The notes under the pieces are model-generated. The model did not search any database. It saw nothing but the letters and a program-made list of their open reading frames with translations, and was not told where the DNA came from. Position numbers and translations under genes: made by a program. A stretch of DNA of 64,000 bases, taken from positions 2,356,001 to 2,420,000 of the forward strand of contig SMSO01000034.1 of assembly GCA_004764695.1 (NCBI GenBank), read 5' to 3'. The stretch comes from Schizochytrium sp. TIO01. Taxonomy: Eukaryota; Protista; Bigyra: Labyrinthulomycetes. This document shows, piece after piece, positions 37,653 through 49,363 of this stretch (positions within the stretch are counted from its first letter, which is position 1; each line of letters opens with the position of its first letter).

Positions 37653-40193
37653 TCTAGCCGCTATGGGTAGTCAGTATATACGTGCAGGCTGATCGAGGTA
37701 CTAACGCAATGTTATGTTGATGTGAGCTGCGGCTCTGGGTTGCAGGTCTGCTGATACGAAAGGATGCTTCAATGAAGTCGGCTGCTGCTAATATTATATT
37801 GGGGGCGTATAATTCTGTATCTTCTCTTTTCGACACGTCTCTCTATCATTGCTGCATTCTTTCTACTTTAACTGAGAATATCCATTTTGCCTAAAGGGTG
37901 CCTTTGGTCTGGCATACTTGACCATGCTTAGCGATGAGTTTCTGATTACTTCTTAGTGCTATGTAAGATGTATCACATGTTGATATCCGCGCCGAGTTCA
38001 CAACTTGAGCGGATATGCTGCTCATAACCTATTTCAAACACGATGGAACATTTATATTTATTCCTCCTTGAGTCCTTAATGATTAAGATCTCAACGTACG
38101 GGTCTAACGAAATACCAGAAATAAATATGTACTTGTTATCATTGTGGTCTTTTGTATATGGACAATCTGGATGGTCAGTCATGAATGATAACCGAAAAGC
38201 ATTTGAGTGTTTTTTTTCAAAGCCTGAATTGAATGAAGCGAAAAAGAACAACTCTAATTTTAAAATGATTTAGAACCTTCCATTCTACTTCATAGGATGC
38301 TAACTGAAACCACCGGCTCCTTCTATATCGCTGTTTGGCTGAGGTGAATAATTATTTTCCTCTCCTTCCTTCACCTATTTTCCCTAGTTTCTCTCGAGCT
38401 TTTCTTTAAGTCAAGAGTGCTATACCGAATTAGCTGAGATGGAGCTTTTTTCTCGTCGTTTTCTTTTTCTTTTTCTGAGTACATAGCAAGCATGAATGAA
38501 TGTGCCAAAGCAACTCAAGGTCCGAGATTTTGCCTTGTCTTGAAAACGACTCCATTGTTAGCGCACCCTTTTGCTATGACATACTAAATGTCTTCAGAGG
38601 TGGTTTCTCTTTAACATGTGGATAGTCGGAATTAAAAAATGGGTTTCCTGCGCCAAGACTTGATTGGAAAACGCCACTGGTCTAACCTCAAATACCCTAA
38701 GCAGAGATTATTTAGCCCAGTCCTCTCGCAGCTGATATAATTGATTTTATCTCATCGTTTCCCAAACCACTGCCGTTGATTATATCAGAAGCCATCAATA
38801 ATCTTTTCTAGCACTTAGTTACAGTATAACACAATACGAGAGAGAGAACCTCGTTCGAGAAACTATTACTTACCGCGCGGGGACGGCGCGGAGACTGTGT
38901 ACTGCGCAGGGACATTGCGAAGTAATTCTTGGTTGGGCTGAAGATTCTCAACGTATAATGTTGAGCACACAAATCCTTTAAAATGCGTTGACCCAGGAAA
39001 GATCTTAAGTCCGAGAAAGACTTGGCCGGTAGATGGTGGACTATGGCTAAAACGAATATAAGTCAGTGCACAACTTAGCAACACGCTTTATGTGCTTTAC
39101 GATGCTATCAAGAGATCCCAGACTAAAGGTAAGAGTTAGACTAGGTCCAAGATCGGCACCGCGCATAGGCTAGTCACATTTCATAGGCGTTTGAAACATC
39201 CATAAAACAAGTTGTCTTGATTGGATCTTAATCTGCTATCAGATTGCTAATTTATATATCTAAAGGGTTTCCACAGCATTTCTATAGGCTGGCTTTAAAA
39301 TTAGAGGTAACTTGGCATCAGATTTCTCATAAGCTGGACGACATCTCTCTCGTGAGATCAATTTCCTCACATATCCCATCTCTTCTATCCAATATTCCTC
39401 AATGATTTGCACCTGTTTTTTTAATTTAATTCCTGTCTCTGATCTTCAACATGATAAAAGTGATGCATTATATTAGTTCACCTATCCGGGTAAATCCTTC
39501 AAGAAAATGCTGCAATTTAAATTCTTGTGACTGTACTAATTCGCATATCTATAATGTAGTGTAGCAGTAATACAGGGCTGGGATCACTAGAAAGTTCGGT
39601 CATTACAGTGAATTACAGTCTAATCACGGCGGAATACAAGGAAAGAATGATCTAAAAGAAAAGTGAGTCCCGGCCAACACGGCATATTTACCACGCCCCA
39701 GCAATGCTAGAACAGGGCAACTTCTCCGTCTACATTAGCTCGAGATGACGTCTTAAATTGAGCAAGTTTAAATTGCTTTGTATCGGATATCGCACTTATG
39801 CAATTTTGTGCGAGGAGATTGGAAGCTCATCTGACCTAGACATAGTTCTCTACAGAGTGAGTAGTAATAGTTTCTCGATATTACAGTCAAATTTGGTAAG
39901 GTAGTTTTACTCCTTTGCGAGAAACATATTCTTCATATTCTCTTACGTCAACTCTCAAACAGTGGATCTTGAAATCGACAAACACCACACAGACAACCGC
40001 CCAGCTATGATTATACTTTGTCTTACTATTGCCATGGTGAATATTGGGATAAAATTGGGGAACTGGGAGCGTTCTATATCCAGCATATAGTAGACTGCAA
40101 CACAGAGTTACTCAGTGATAAAAGTGTAGTTTGGTAGGCTCACCACTTCGCACTGTGCTGGTAGTTTCGCTTCTTCAGTCTGCTCTGAACGAC

Positions 40194-41396
40194 TGTTTCT
40201 CTTCAATGTTCTAAATTTCTTTCCATTATAAACTGCAGGCTGTAGTAGGAGTACTGCGGGGCTTTGCAAGCTTTATTTTACATCAAGGTAATATATCGCA
40301 GTTGCACGAACAGCAGTTTGGGTAGAACACTGCCGCTCGTACCAGAAGTTAAGCACAGCCAGCTTTTGCTTCTGAAGCACTTATCTTCCAATGCCAATCA
40401 GCTACCATCTAACTAGTACCCACCACTTGCCACCAAGCTAAGCTGGATACTTCGTAAAGACCGTCAACACAATTACCAAGCTTCAGTGCACGTCCGAAGG
40501 ACTCTGTAGTAAGTCTACTAAAATCTCATGAGTCCTCGCTCTCAATTGGAATAGTTTTCCTAAGGTGTGCAAAGTGCAGCCACTATTAATTTAAGAACTG
40601 CAGCAAGTGCTAATATCGAGATACGAGATACTTTCTACTGATTTAGCGCCCCAAACGGCCCGATTGGTGATTCATGCAAAACCTTCCCGCACACAGATAG
40701 CTGCTCTGATGAGTGGCTGAATGCAGCTGGACCTCCAACACGCAGGGCTTGCCATTAAATCGAAGATTCCAGTTTCTTTCTGGTAACGTTGACTTATAGT
40801 GTCCTATAGCACTCCCAGGCTTCACTGTCATCTTTAAGTTATACAGATACTGAGTAGTTGGTACTAATAGTGAAGTACGCACCCACCCTTACCTTACCCA
40901 GACATTGGGACCTTGTCCAAACTGAAAGCAAAGCAAATCTGTATTAAATATAACAACTTGAATAAGAACTTTACTCTTTACTAAGCTTTATAGGCTGAGA
41001 CACATCCAAACAGAGACATTGTACATAGTCTCGAAGAGTCTCGCGGCAGTTCAAAGAGATCAAGTTCAACTACTCCAAAATCATTTTGACGTGTTGTCGT
41101 AAAGGAGGTGTAGTCACTAGCTCCCAAATCTTGCAAACGATTGGCATATTGCTTCAAGGTGCGTCATTTCTGAAGTGCTGTTTGGCTGGTGCACAAGGAA
41201 ATTTACGTAGACATTCATTCACTTGCTCGGGCAAGAGGTCCTGTTTGGTTTACGCTATAAAGGTACCGAGGCGAGTATTTTAGGTGAGCGTAATATTACA
41301 TTTGCACATAGACCGGTCCTGATGCGAAGTCATTGGGCACACATAGGTGTTGTGTTAGCGTTGCTTTCCGCATTGACGCTGGCAAATGCCCAATCT
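40194..41396 (+). repeat. Duplicated block copy 1 (upstream region + signal peptide of receptor A)
   Basis: Matches 43199-44402 at an offset of ~3006. About 14 mismatches counted by eye over the ~1.1 kb core. Confidence 0.95.
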
Positions 41397-42440
41397 AATC
41401 CGAATTTAAGAAATGTACAGAATTTTCCGAATAATGGGCTGCCATGCAATGGTACAGGTCCGGACAATTGCAATATCTGTTACTCAAAAAAAGTATGCGC
41501 AGTGTGCGATTCAGGCTACTTTATTGTGCATGGAGATTGTATCCCAACTTTAACTTTCACTTTAACTGTCTTAGTATTCGTGGGGTTCTTTATATGTTGT
41601 TCTCTTTGTATGTCTGGGGCCTGCGATAATTGCTGTCATGCTGTCTGTCATGCTGTCTGTGAGGACTGCTATGATAAGTGCTCTTCTGCATCCTGTCATC
41701 ATCGCTGGGATGATTGCTGTGATAATTGCTGCGATGATTGCTGTGAGGATTGTTGTGATGATTGCTGTGATGATTGCTCCCTTAACAGCAATAGTTGTTG
41801 CTGTCATAACAGAGACTGTTTATGCGCTCTCTGTGTTGGCTGTTGGAGTAGCTGCTGGTGCCTTCAGCAGCGAAGCGCAAGCAGGCTCATGGCAAAGTTA
41901 CCATTTCATAGACACCACAACGAAGTTGCAGGTGTTGTGAGCACGAATCTGAATCAAGGCGATGAAGACAAAATCGAAATTCAAGCAACCGAGCTATTGT
42001 TTGTAGAGAGTAGGCTAAAAACTATAAACGGAAATGGGACCGTCGTGTTTCTGAAAAGAGAGGGAGCAATGCAATCAAAGAAGGCAGCATCAGAATCGTC
42101 AGATTATGGATTTCTCTATTTTGAAGAAGACGCAGTGCGTATTGTTCTGACGCTGGGCTCCGCAGGTGTCAGCAGCGAGCATATTGATCGGACAATTCAG
42201 TATGTAGATTTAATAGTAAGCGATGTACTGATGAAGGATTCCAATTCAAGTTATGAGGCGGATCCTGAGAAAGTCGACGTCAACGGGACGGTTATTACGA
42301 GTGCTGCAGAGCACATTGCTAAAATTAAGAGAATGTTTTCTGAGTACAAAAATGCTTACATGACAAACCAGTCGCCCAGCCAAAATGAGGCATTCGAGCG
42401 ATATCCGATGGCCCACACCGTCTCTGAGCAGCTCAAATAA
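41322..42440 (+). CDS. Cys-module single-pass receptor-like protein A (372 aa) with Cys/Asp-rich juxtamembrane expansion and conserved cytoplasmic domain
   Basis: Signal MRSHWAHIGVVLALLSALTLANA; C..NCNIC..VCAVCDSGY..GDC; TM; CCDD repeats; EL.F.ESRL..VFLKR..SDYGFLYF..DPEKVDVNGTVITS. Confidence 0.9.
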   Translation: MRSHWAHIGVVLALLSALTLANAQSNPNLRNVQNFPNNGLPCNGTGPDNCNICYSKKVCAVCDSGYFIVHGDCIPTLTFTLTVLVFVGFFICCSLCMSGACDNCCHAVCHAVCEDCYDKCSSASCHHRWDDCCDNCCDDCCEDCCDDCCDDCSLNSNSCCCHNRDCLCALCVGCWSSCWCLQQRSASRLMAKLPFHRHHNEVAGVVSTNLNQGDEDKIEIQATELLFVESRLKTINGNGTVVFLKREGAMQSKKAASESSDYGFLYFEEDAVRIVLTLGSAGVSSEHIDRTIQYVDLIVSDVLMKDSNSSYEADPEKVDVNGTVITSAAEHIAKIKRMFSEYKNAYMTNQSPSQNEAFERYPMAHTVSEQLK

Positions 42441-43198
42441 TCGCGTGGGCTGATGGTAACCTGCAATCCTCAACTCATCACACTATTATAAGTCCTATAA
42501 GATCTAATTAAGATTAGACTGAATTTCATGCAACTCATGTGCCACTCTTTCTCTCTCATTTGATTCACAACTCGATAGATGAAGAGCACGCAGCGTGTGT
42601 CAATCTTTGCCTATATGTAGCAGCTATCACCAGCTCACTCCAGTGACTTGCAGCAGTGATGACAGAGTCCTTAACATGACAAACAATCTGACTTAAAACA
42701 AGCTACAGTAACGTAGTCATATCATCCGTGTCTCCTATCATAACAAAAGTTCCAGGAATAATTATCAAAACCACTGCGGCATCTCCTAATTATACTAAAC
42801 ACATCCCAGTATCTTGTTCGTAGAGCGAGCATTCTAATATCGTTATGAAATGGTCAAAATGTTTCGCATATTTTCAGTGACTTCGGGACAAGCAAGCCTC
42901 TAAGCGTGAGATGAAAACGGATTTCCTAAAAAGAAGAGCGCGTTGGAGAAACTCACGAGACTCTTTTCATGCCATGAAGAGAGTTTGTGCAGATCCGGGA
43001 AACTAAGCACCCAAGTAGTAAATCATTAGTTCTCACAATTAAAAAAATACATATTAATCTCTAGAACTTCAATGTCGGATTATAAACCTTACTTTCCACT
43101 TTTCCAATGCCATATAAATGCTTTTTATTATCTTGAACTCTTCAATACCTTTCTGTTCAATGTCAAGACAGCTCTCACGAGTGTGGTTCGGATCCCAG

Positions 43199-44402
43199 TG
43201 TTTCTCTTCAGTGCTCTAGATTTGCTTACATTTTAAGCTGCAAGCTGCAATAGTAGGAATACTGCGGGGCTTTGCAAGCTTTATCACATCAAGGTAATAT
43301 ATCGCAGTTGCACGAACAGCAGTTTGGGTAGAACACTGCCGCTCGTACCAGAAGTTAAGCACAGCCAGCTTTTGCTTCTGAAGCACTTATCTTCCAATGC
43401 CAATCAGCTACCATCTAACCAGTACCCACCACTTGCCACCAAGCTAAGCTGGATACTTCGTAAAGACCGTCAACACAATTACCAAGCTTCAGTGCACGTC
43501 CGAAGGACTCTGTAGTAAGTCTACTAAAATCTCATGAGTCCTCGCTCTCAATTGGAATAGTTTTCCTAAGGTGTGCAAAGTGCAGCCACTATTAATTTAA
43601 GAACTGCAGCAAGTGCTAATATCAAGATACGAGATACTTTCTACTGATTTAGCGCCCCAAACGGCCCGATTGGTGATTCATGCAAAACCTTCCCGCACAC
43701 AGATAGCTGCTCTGATGAGTGGCTGAATGCAGCTGGACCTCCAACACGCAGGGCTTGCCATTAAATCGAAGATTCCAGTTTCTTTCTGGTAACGTTGACT
43801 TATAGTGTCCTATAGCACTCCCAGGCTTCACTGTCATCTTTAAGTTATACAGATACTGAGTAGTTGGTACTAATAGTGAAGTACGCACCCACCCTTACCT
43901 TACCCAGACATTGAGACCTTGTCCAAACTGAAAGCAAAGCAAATCTGTATTAAATATAACAACTTGAATAAGAACTTTACTCTTTACTAAGCTTTATAGG
44001 CTGAGACACATCCAAACAGAGACATTGTACATAGTCTCGAAGAGTCTCGCGGCAGTTCAAAGAGATCAAGTTCAACTACTCCAAAATCATTTTGACGTAT
44101 TGTCGTAAAGGAGGTGTAGTCACTGGCTCCCAAATCTTGCAAACGATTGGCAAGTTGCTTCAAGGTGCGTCATTTCTGAAGTGCTGTTTGGCTGGTGCGC
44201 AAGGAAATTTACGTAGACATTTATTCACTTGCTCGGGCAAGAGGTCCTGTTTGGTTTACGTTCTAAAGGTGTCGAGGCGAGTATTTTAGGTGAGCGTAAT
44301 ATTACATTTGCACATAGACCGGTCCTGATGCGAAGTCATTGGGCACACATAGGTGTTGTGTTAGCGTTGCTTTCCGCATTGACGCTGGTAAATGCCCAAT
44401 CT
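43199..44402 (+). repeat. Duplicated block copy 2 (upstream region + signal peptide of receptor B)
   Basis: Near-identical to 40194-41396; the track shows identical 79-aa antisense ORFs at 40643 and 43649. Confidence 0.95.
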
Positions 44403-45377
44403 TCGGATTACTTGCGAGGCACAACAATTATACACTGTAATTACACAGCTTTCACGCATTGCGTCACCTGTGTCAACGCGCAATGCGTAGAGTGCGCATC
44501 AGGGTATACACTTCTGGACGGCGACTGTTGGACTAAGGCTGGGAAAATTGCAATGGAAGTGGTCCTTGGCACGGTTGGATCAGCCTTCCTATGTGCTTTG
44601 TTGGGATGCTGTAATCATCCATCCTCCTTAACGGTATGTTGGAACCTTTTGAAGAGAGGGGCCAGCAAGATGGTTTCTTTTCTGAGTTATCTCAGAGATT
44701 GTTTGAGTAGTTGCTGGCGCCGTCAGAAGATACGGGCAGACAAAATGGTAGCTTGTTTGTGTGGTCCCTGCGCTCCCTGTCTGAGTAGTTGTTGGCGCCT
44801 TCAGAAGAGAGGGACAAACAGACTCGTAGCGAATTTTCCATGTCATGGATGCTGCAACAAAGTCGCAGCTGTTGTGAGCACAAATCTTAATGAAGATGGC
44901 GAAGATATATCCGAGGTCCACGCAAGCGAATTGCCATTTACGGAGAGCAAGCTACGAACTATAAACGAAGCTGGGACCTTTATGTTTCTGAAAAGAGAGG
45001 GACAAATGCAATCGAAGAAGTCAGCACCGGAATGGTCAGACTATGGTTTTCTTTTTTTTCAGGAAAACTTAGTGCGTATTATTTTGACTCGAGGATCAGC
45101 AGGAATTGGCAGCGAGCATACTGATCGGGCAATCTCGTATGGGGAGCTAGTAATTAGCGATGTGCAGATGGAGGGTTGCGAGTCAAGTGATGATATAGAT
45201 CATGAGAAAGTTGATGTCAACGGTACAGTTATCACTAGTGATGCGGAGCGCATTGCGAGAATTAAGAGAATGCTCTCCGAGCGCAGGGAAGCTTACATTG
45301 CGAACCAGTCTCCCGACCAAGAGGGCGTTTACGGACCCTATCCAATTGCGGAACCTGTTTCTAAGTACCTCGAATAA
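44328..45377 (+). CDS. Cys-module single-pass receptor-like protein B (349 aa)
   Basis: Signal peptide nearly identical to A; HCVTC..QCVECASGYTLLDGDC; TM; shared cytoplasmic domain (SDYGFLFF, VDVNGTVITS); YPIAEPV tail. Confidence 0.9.
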   Translation: MRSHWAHIGVVLALLSALTLVNAQSSDYLRGTTIIHCNYTAFTHCVTCVNAQCVECASGYTLLDGDCWTKAGKIAMEVVLGTVGSAFLCALLGCCNHPSSLTVCWNLLKRGASKMVSFLSYLRDCLSSCWRRQKIRADKMVACLCGPCAPCLSSCWRLQKRGTNRLVANFPCHGCCNKVAAVVSTNLNEDGEDISEVHASELPFTESKLRTINEAGTFMFLKREGQMQSKKSAPEWSDYGFLFFQENLVRIILTRGSAGIGSEHTDRAISYGELVISDVQMEGCESSDDIDHEKVDVNGTVITSDAERIARIKRMLSERREAYIANQSPDQEGVYGPYPIAEPVSKYLE

Positions 45378-47027
45378 ACGCGCAGACTGAATCCTATACC
45401 TTGTCGCAATATTAATCTTGCAAGTTAGTCGAGAGCATCCATATGCCGCTATTTTTCTGCGATGTATTTCACAACGACTTGATCGATGGAGAAAATGTAG
45501 CACATGAATGATGAGTTTTGACCTTTGATTTTGTAAAATATTGTTGTAGCAATGAATTCTGCTAAAAATTCGAATTTTAGCTTTCTCTTTCGTAACATCT
45601 ATGAACATGGAATACTAGTAAGCTAAAACAACGTGGTCGAGCGAATGGTACGGTCACATCATGAGTTTGGGACACTTGAACAGGAGGTGGTTACGAATAT
45701 ACAAGATCGTATCGATTTACTGAATGATGCCTTAAACAACCTTGTAAGCAGTTCTCAGCCATCTACTTGCCACATCTTTTTTAATGGTGATTTTCTCAAT
45801 ACTCAGAATAATTTTCAACTCACTGTGGAAAGCTTGAAAAGGGCTCCACCACGTTCCCAGCGAGGTTTGACAGAATCAATACTCACCAGTGCCGTGAGAG
45901 ATAACCAGTTACATACAGATCAGCACCCTGTGACGACCTTTCTAAAGTGCAATGCATAATTTTTCATTAGGAGCCAGGACTGCGATACAAAATATGGAAA
46001 AGCCGCCACAATGCAAACTTTGGCAGACTCAATCGAGCTAGAAGCAAACTGTATATTAAGTTCAAGTCAAAGGGTTGCTTTGCCTCATCAATGAGGCTTG
46101 AAAGCCTTTGTTGAACCTATAATTAAGTTTTGCGTACTATTTTCATTCTTTTAATAATATCACAAGGAAATAAAAGATACCCTATCTGCTTGCGTTTCGA
46201 GCGGAATTATTTTTCCAAATTGAGAGGGATATTCACTACTTATTCCCCCAACTACTCGCCTTCAGTGACCCAAGTTCACTCAAGCCACGCAATCGTTTCT
46301 AATTCCCCAATATCAGGATTGGCGTATGCCTTTACTTTCCCTACCGACCAACTAAGCGATCTATACCTATATAACTTTAAATGATCTCTCATATTCCGTC
46401 ATTAGTGACTCTTAAATAGATCTACTAGTGTGCAAAATACTCACTTTCATGGCACGATGTCGAGAGGATTTGGACCACCAACACGAAGCTGATACTGGTC
46501 TAACCTCAACCATTGGAGCGAGTAGCGCACCTCTTGCAGGTCTCTCTTCTCAGGAAGCACCGCTGGTTTAATTTGCTTATCCTAAAGCCATTGCTACTGT
46601 TTGTGTACGCCATCTAAATAGAACAATCCAATTAATGGTAGAGGTTGTTTATATAATACTATAGGACCCAGAGGCTCGAATGCTAAACTTGTGCGGAAAC
46701 CAGCGCGTGCCTCGCTGGACTACTCGAAGTAGTTCAAGTCCTTGCCGCAGAGATTCAAGCCAAGTGCTCAAACCACATTTGAATGGGGCAGCACAGAAAA
46801 GGTATTCGTTAGCTCTCTGGTGTTGCAAATAGTCGACCGGTTGACTGTGACTTCAGAGTGATCATCAACTCCTTGCTTGTGCACAATTTGACGAGGATCC
46901 CTAAGTTGTATTCTCAAGTGAGCTGCTTTCTCAAGCAAGAACGCTTAGAGCTACTGCTGGGTAATCAAGAAATAAAGGCAAGGGTTCACCTGGGTCCAAG
47001 AGCACTGGTGTGCATAATTTGGTCCTC

Positions 47028-47879
47028 ATGCAAAGGGGTCCAACGTTTCTAGGTGTCTTAGCAGCGCTGCTTTCTGCTGCGGCACTTGTGGAGGCCCAAA
47101 TTGCACAACATGTAGAAAATGTACAACATGTTCGAAGCGTGTCGGGTGTTATATGTGATACAACCTTAACGCACTGCTTAAGCTGCTTCTCAGTGGGCGT
47201 TTGCGCAGAGTGTGACTCAGGCTATGAAGTGGTGGCGGGAGCATGCGAGGAATCCACATCTTCATCCTCCAGCGGTCTAAGCACTGCTGCTAAAGTTGTT
47301 ATTGAAGTTGCAGTCTCCCTCTTAGTGCTAACATGTTTTTTGTCAACGTGTTGCTGCTGCTATAAGAAACGGATGAAGAGCGAGCTGACATTTACGGAGA
47401 GCAGGCTGCAAACTGTAAATCCTGATGCTGGAACCCTTGTATTTCTGAAACGTCCCGGACAAATGAGCTTCGCGGACTCGGCGCCATCATGGTCAGACTT
47501 TGGTTTTTTGTTTTTCCAAGCTGCTTCTGTACGCCTTGTACGATCACGGGGCTCTGCTGGGGTTGGCGAGGATCTTACGGATGAAAATATTCCATACCAA
47601 GAATTACGAGTCGCCGATGTACTAAAGCAGGATAGCACGGTGGATCCTGAGAAACTCTTCATCAATGGAACAGTCGTCACAAGCGATGCAAGGCGTATTG
47701 CAAAGATCAAATCAATGCTTCACGAGTACAAGGAAGCTTTCACAGCGAGCTTGTCGCCTAGCCCTTATGTTGAAAAAGATTTCATTCCTACAGCCCAGGT
47801 GGTTCCAGACAATGAGCGCTACGAGGCTTTCGGGTCAGCACTAGAAACAACCAGAAGGAAACAACCTCATTGGATTTGA
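47028..47879 (+). CDS. Cys-module single-pass receptor-like protein C (283 aa)
   Basis: Signal peptide; HCLSC..VCAECDSGY..GAC; Ser linker; TM ending CCCCYKKR; ELTFTESRL..VFLKR..SDFGFLFF..DPEKLFINGTVVTS; IPTAQVVP. Confidence 0.9.
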   Translation: MQRGPTFLGVLAALLSAAALVEAQIAQHVENVQHVRSVSGVICDTTLTHCLSCFSVGVCAECDSGYEVVAGACEESTSSSSSGLSTAAKVVIEVAVSLLVLTCFLSTCCCCYKKRMKSELTFTESRLQTVNPDAGTLVFLKRPGQMSFADSAPSWSDFGFLFFQAASVRLVRSRGSAGVGEDLTDENIPYQELRVADVLKQDSTVDPEKLFINGTVVTSDARRIAKIKSMLHEYKEAFTASLSPSPYVEKDFIPTAQVVPDNERYEAFGSALETTRRKQPHWI

Positions 47880-48106
47880 AATGCTTGACTATGATCAAGG
47901 AGGAAAGTAATATGAATTATATGCACTCACCCGTTTTACTTTTTCTCTCATATAATTTACAACTAATTAAGAAGCATCTTAAAATTTCAAATTTATACAT
48001 CCAGCTTGCAGCTTTTTACTTTTCTGCGAGGAAAAAGGTTTCGATTGACAGAAGCTTACTTGAATTATCAAATTAGTACAGAAGCATACTCACATAGCGA
48101 GACGAT

Positions 48107-48110
<4 letters not shown>

Positions 48111-48140
<30 letters not shown>
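48111..48140. repeat. (AG)15 microsatellite
   Basis: Pure AG run between convergent genes C and D. Confidence 0.95.
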
Positions 48141-48146
<6 letters not shown>

Positions 48147-48382
48147 TGCTTCTGAGATTCATTTAGCGCTCATTGCAACTTGAGTTCTAATATTCCACGG
48201 TATGACTCTTTGCATAAAACCAAAACCGCATCAGCATCACAAGAGTAAAGGAATTGATAAAGTCTATAACGAAGAGGACAGTTCTATCACAAAAGGCAAC
48301 ACACTTGATCTATAAAAAACATAAAAAAACAAAATAAACAAATATGTAATCCTCTAGACTCGTCTTGAGATACTCCTGGCAC

Positions 48383-49363
48383 TTACACTCTGCTAGCCTG
48401 GACTCCCCTTTCCACATCAAGGTCATCTGTGCAATCCTCGTCAGGAACAAACTGTGCCATGGGAATTTTCTCGTCAGAGCTTATTCCAGCTCGTTCACGC
48501 CTGTCTATGATCAGATCTCGAATTATGTTTAGGATCTCCTTAGTAGAGTTAATTGCAACATGCTTTCTGCTACCTCCAATAATGAGGCTGTGAATTGGAT
48601 TGATGAGGAGAATGCTTGCAGAGCTTACTTTGGAAATCTCGGCCTCCTCATATGTAAAAAACATATTTTTCCGGCCTTGGACAGGAGTATCGAAGTTATG
48701 ATGAGTTCGCACAACTTCGATGCCAGCGTCAAGGAAGTTGACAAAGCCTAGGTCATGAGCTTGTCGGTCGTTTACATACGATCTGGTGCTAGCCCATTGC
48801 ATATCATTTTCTGTGTGTAGCAGAACCATTTTGCCGGGACGAGACCTTGCCTCTGCGATGAGAACCTTTACCCACCGAGCATCAGACAAGGTATCATCTT
48901 CGCTGCCATTCCCGAGTGGTTTTCGCTCGGCATCTGCAATTATTGTGGGAAGCGCCTGTGAAGATTCGCCTACGCTTGTAAGGCTTTGAGAATGTCCAGA
49001 GGAAACCACTGGAGCCCTGGCAATTTCTCGTGGGTTTACCTCACTTTCATAGTCAATCTTTTGAGGATAAACCCGACTTAGACAAAAACACAATAGAATG
49101 AGGGCCAGGAAGGCAACTATGCCGCACGCCATGCCAATATAAGCTCTTGTGTCTGACTTATCATCCTCACATGTTGCCCACGTGCACTGTCCTCCTGTAG
49201 ATGAGAGATCATAACAGTCTTCACATGCTGTACATATGGTTCCATCAGAATAAGAGCAGGTGACACAGTTCGCAATCCCTCCGCATCCCGCCAGGACGCC
49301 AAATGCCTGAGCCACTATGACCGCTGATGCTAAAATCACTCGCGCTTGCGCTATTGTCAGCAT
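48383..49363 (-). CDS. Cys-module single-pass receptor-like protein D (divergent, ~326 aa; start could be 49435)
   Basis: Signal MLTIAQARVILASAVIVAQAFGVLA; CGGIANCVTC..ICTACEDCYDL..QC; TM; divergent cytoplasmic domain (HDLGFVNF..IEVV..FFTYEE); IPMAQFVP. Confidence 0.85.
   Translation of the reverse strand: MLTIAQARVILASAVIVAQAFGVLAGCGGIANCVTCSYSDGTICTACEDCYDLSSTGGQCTWATCEDDKSDTRAYIGMACGIVAFLALILLCFCLSRVYPQKIDYESEVNPREIARAPVVSSGHSQSLTSVGESSQALPTIIADAERKPLGNGSEDDTLSDARWVKVLIAEARSRPGKMVLLHTENDMQWASTRSYVNDRQAHDLGFVNFLDAGIEVVRTHHNFDTPVQGRKNMFFTYEEAEISKVSSASILLINPIHSLIIGGSRKHVAINSTKEILNIIRDLIIDRRERAGISSDEKIPMAQFVPDEDCTDDLDVERGVQASRV

Noticed and set aside
40643-40882. Identical 79 aa ORFs at 40643 and 43649
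   Set aside because: Identity simply reflects the duplicated block; GTG start, no motifs
45633-45959. 108 aa ORF between receptors B and C
   Set aside because: No recognisable motif or family similarity; cannot support as a gene
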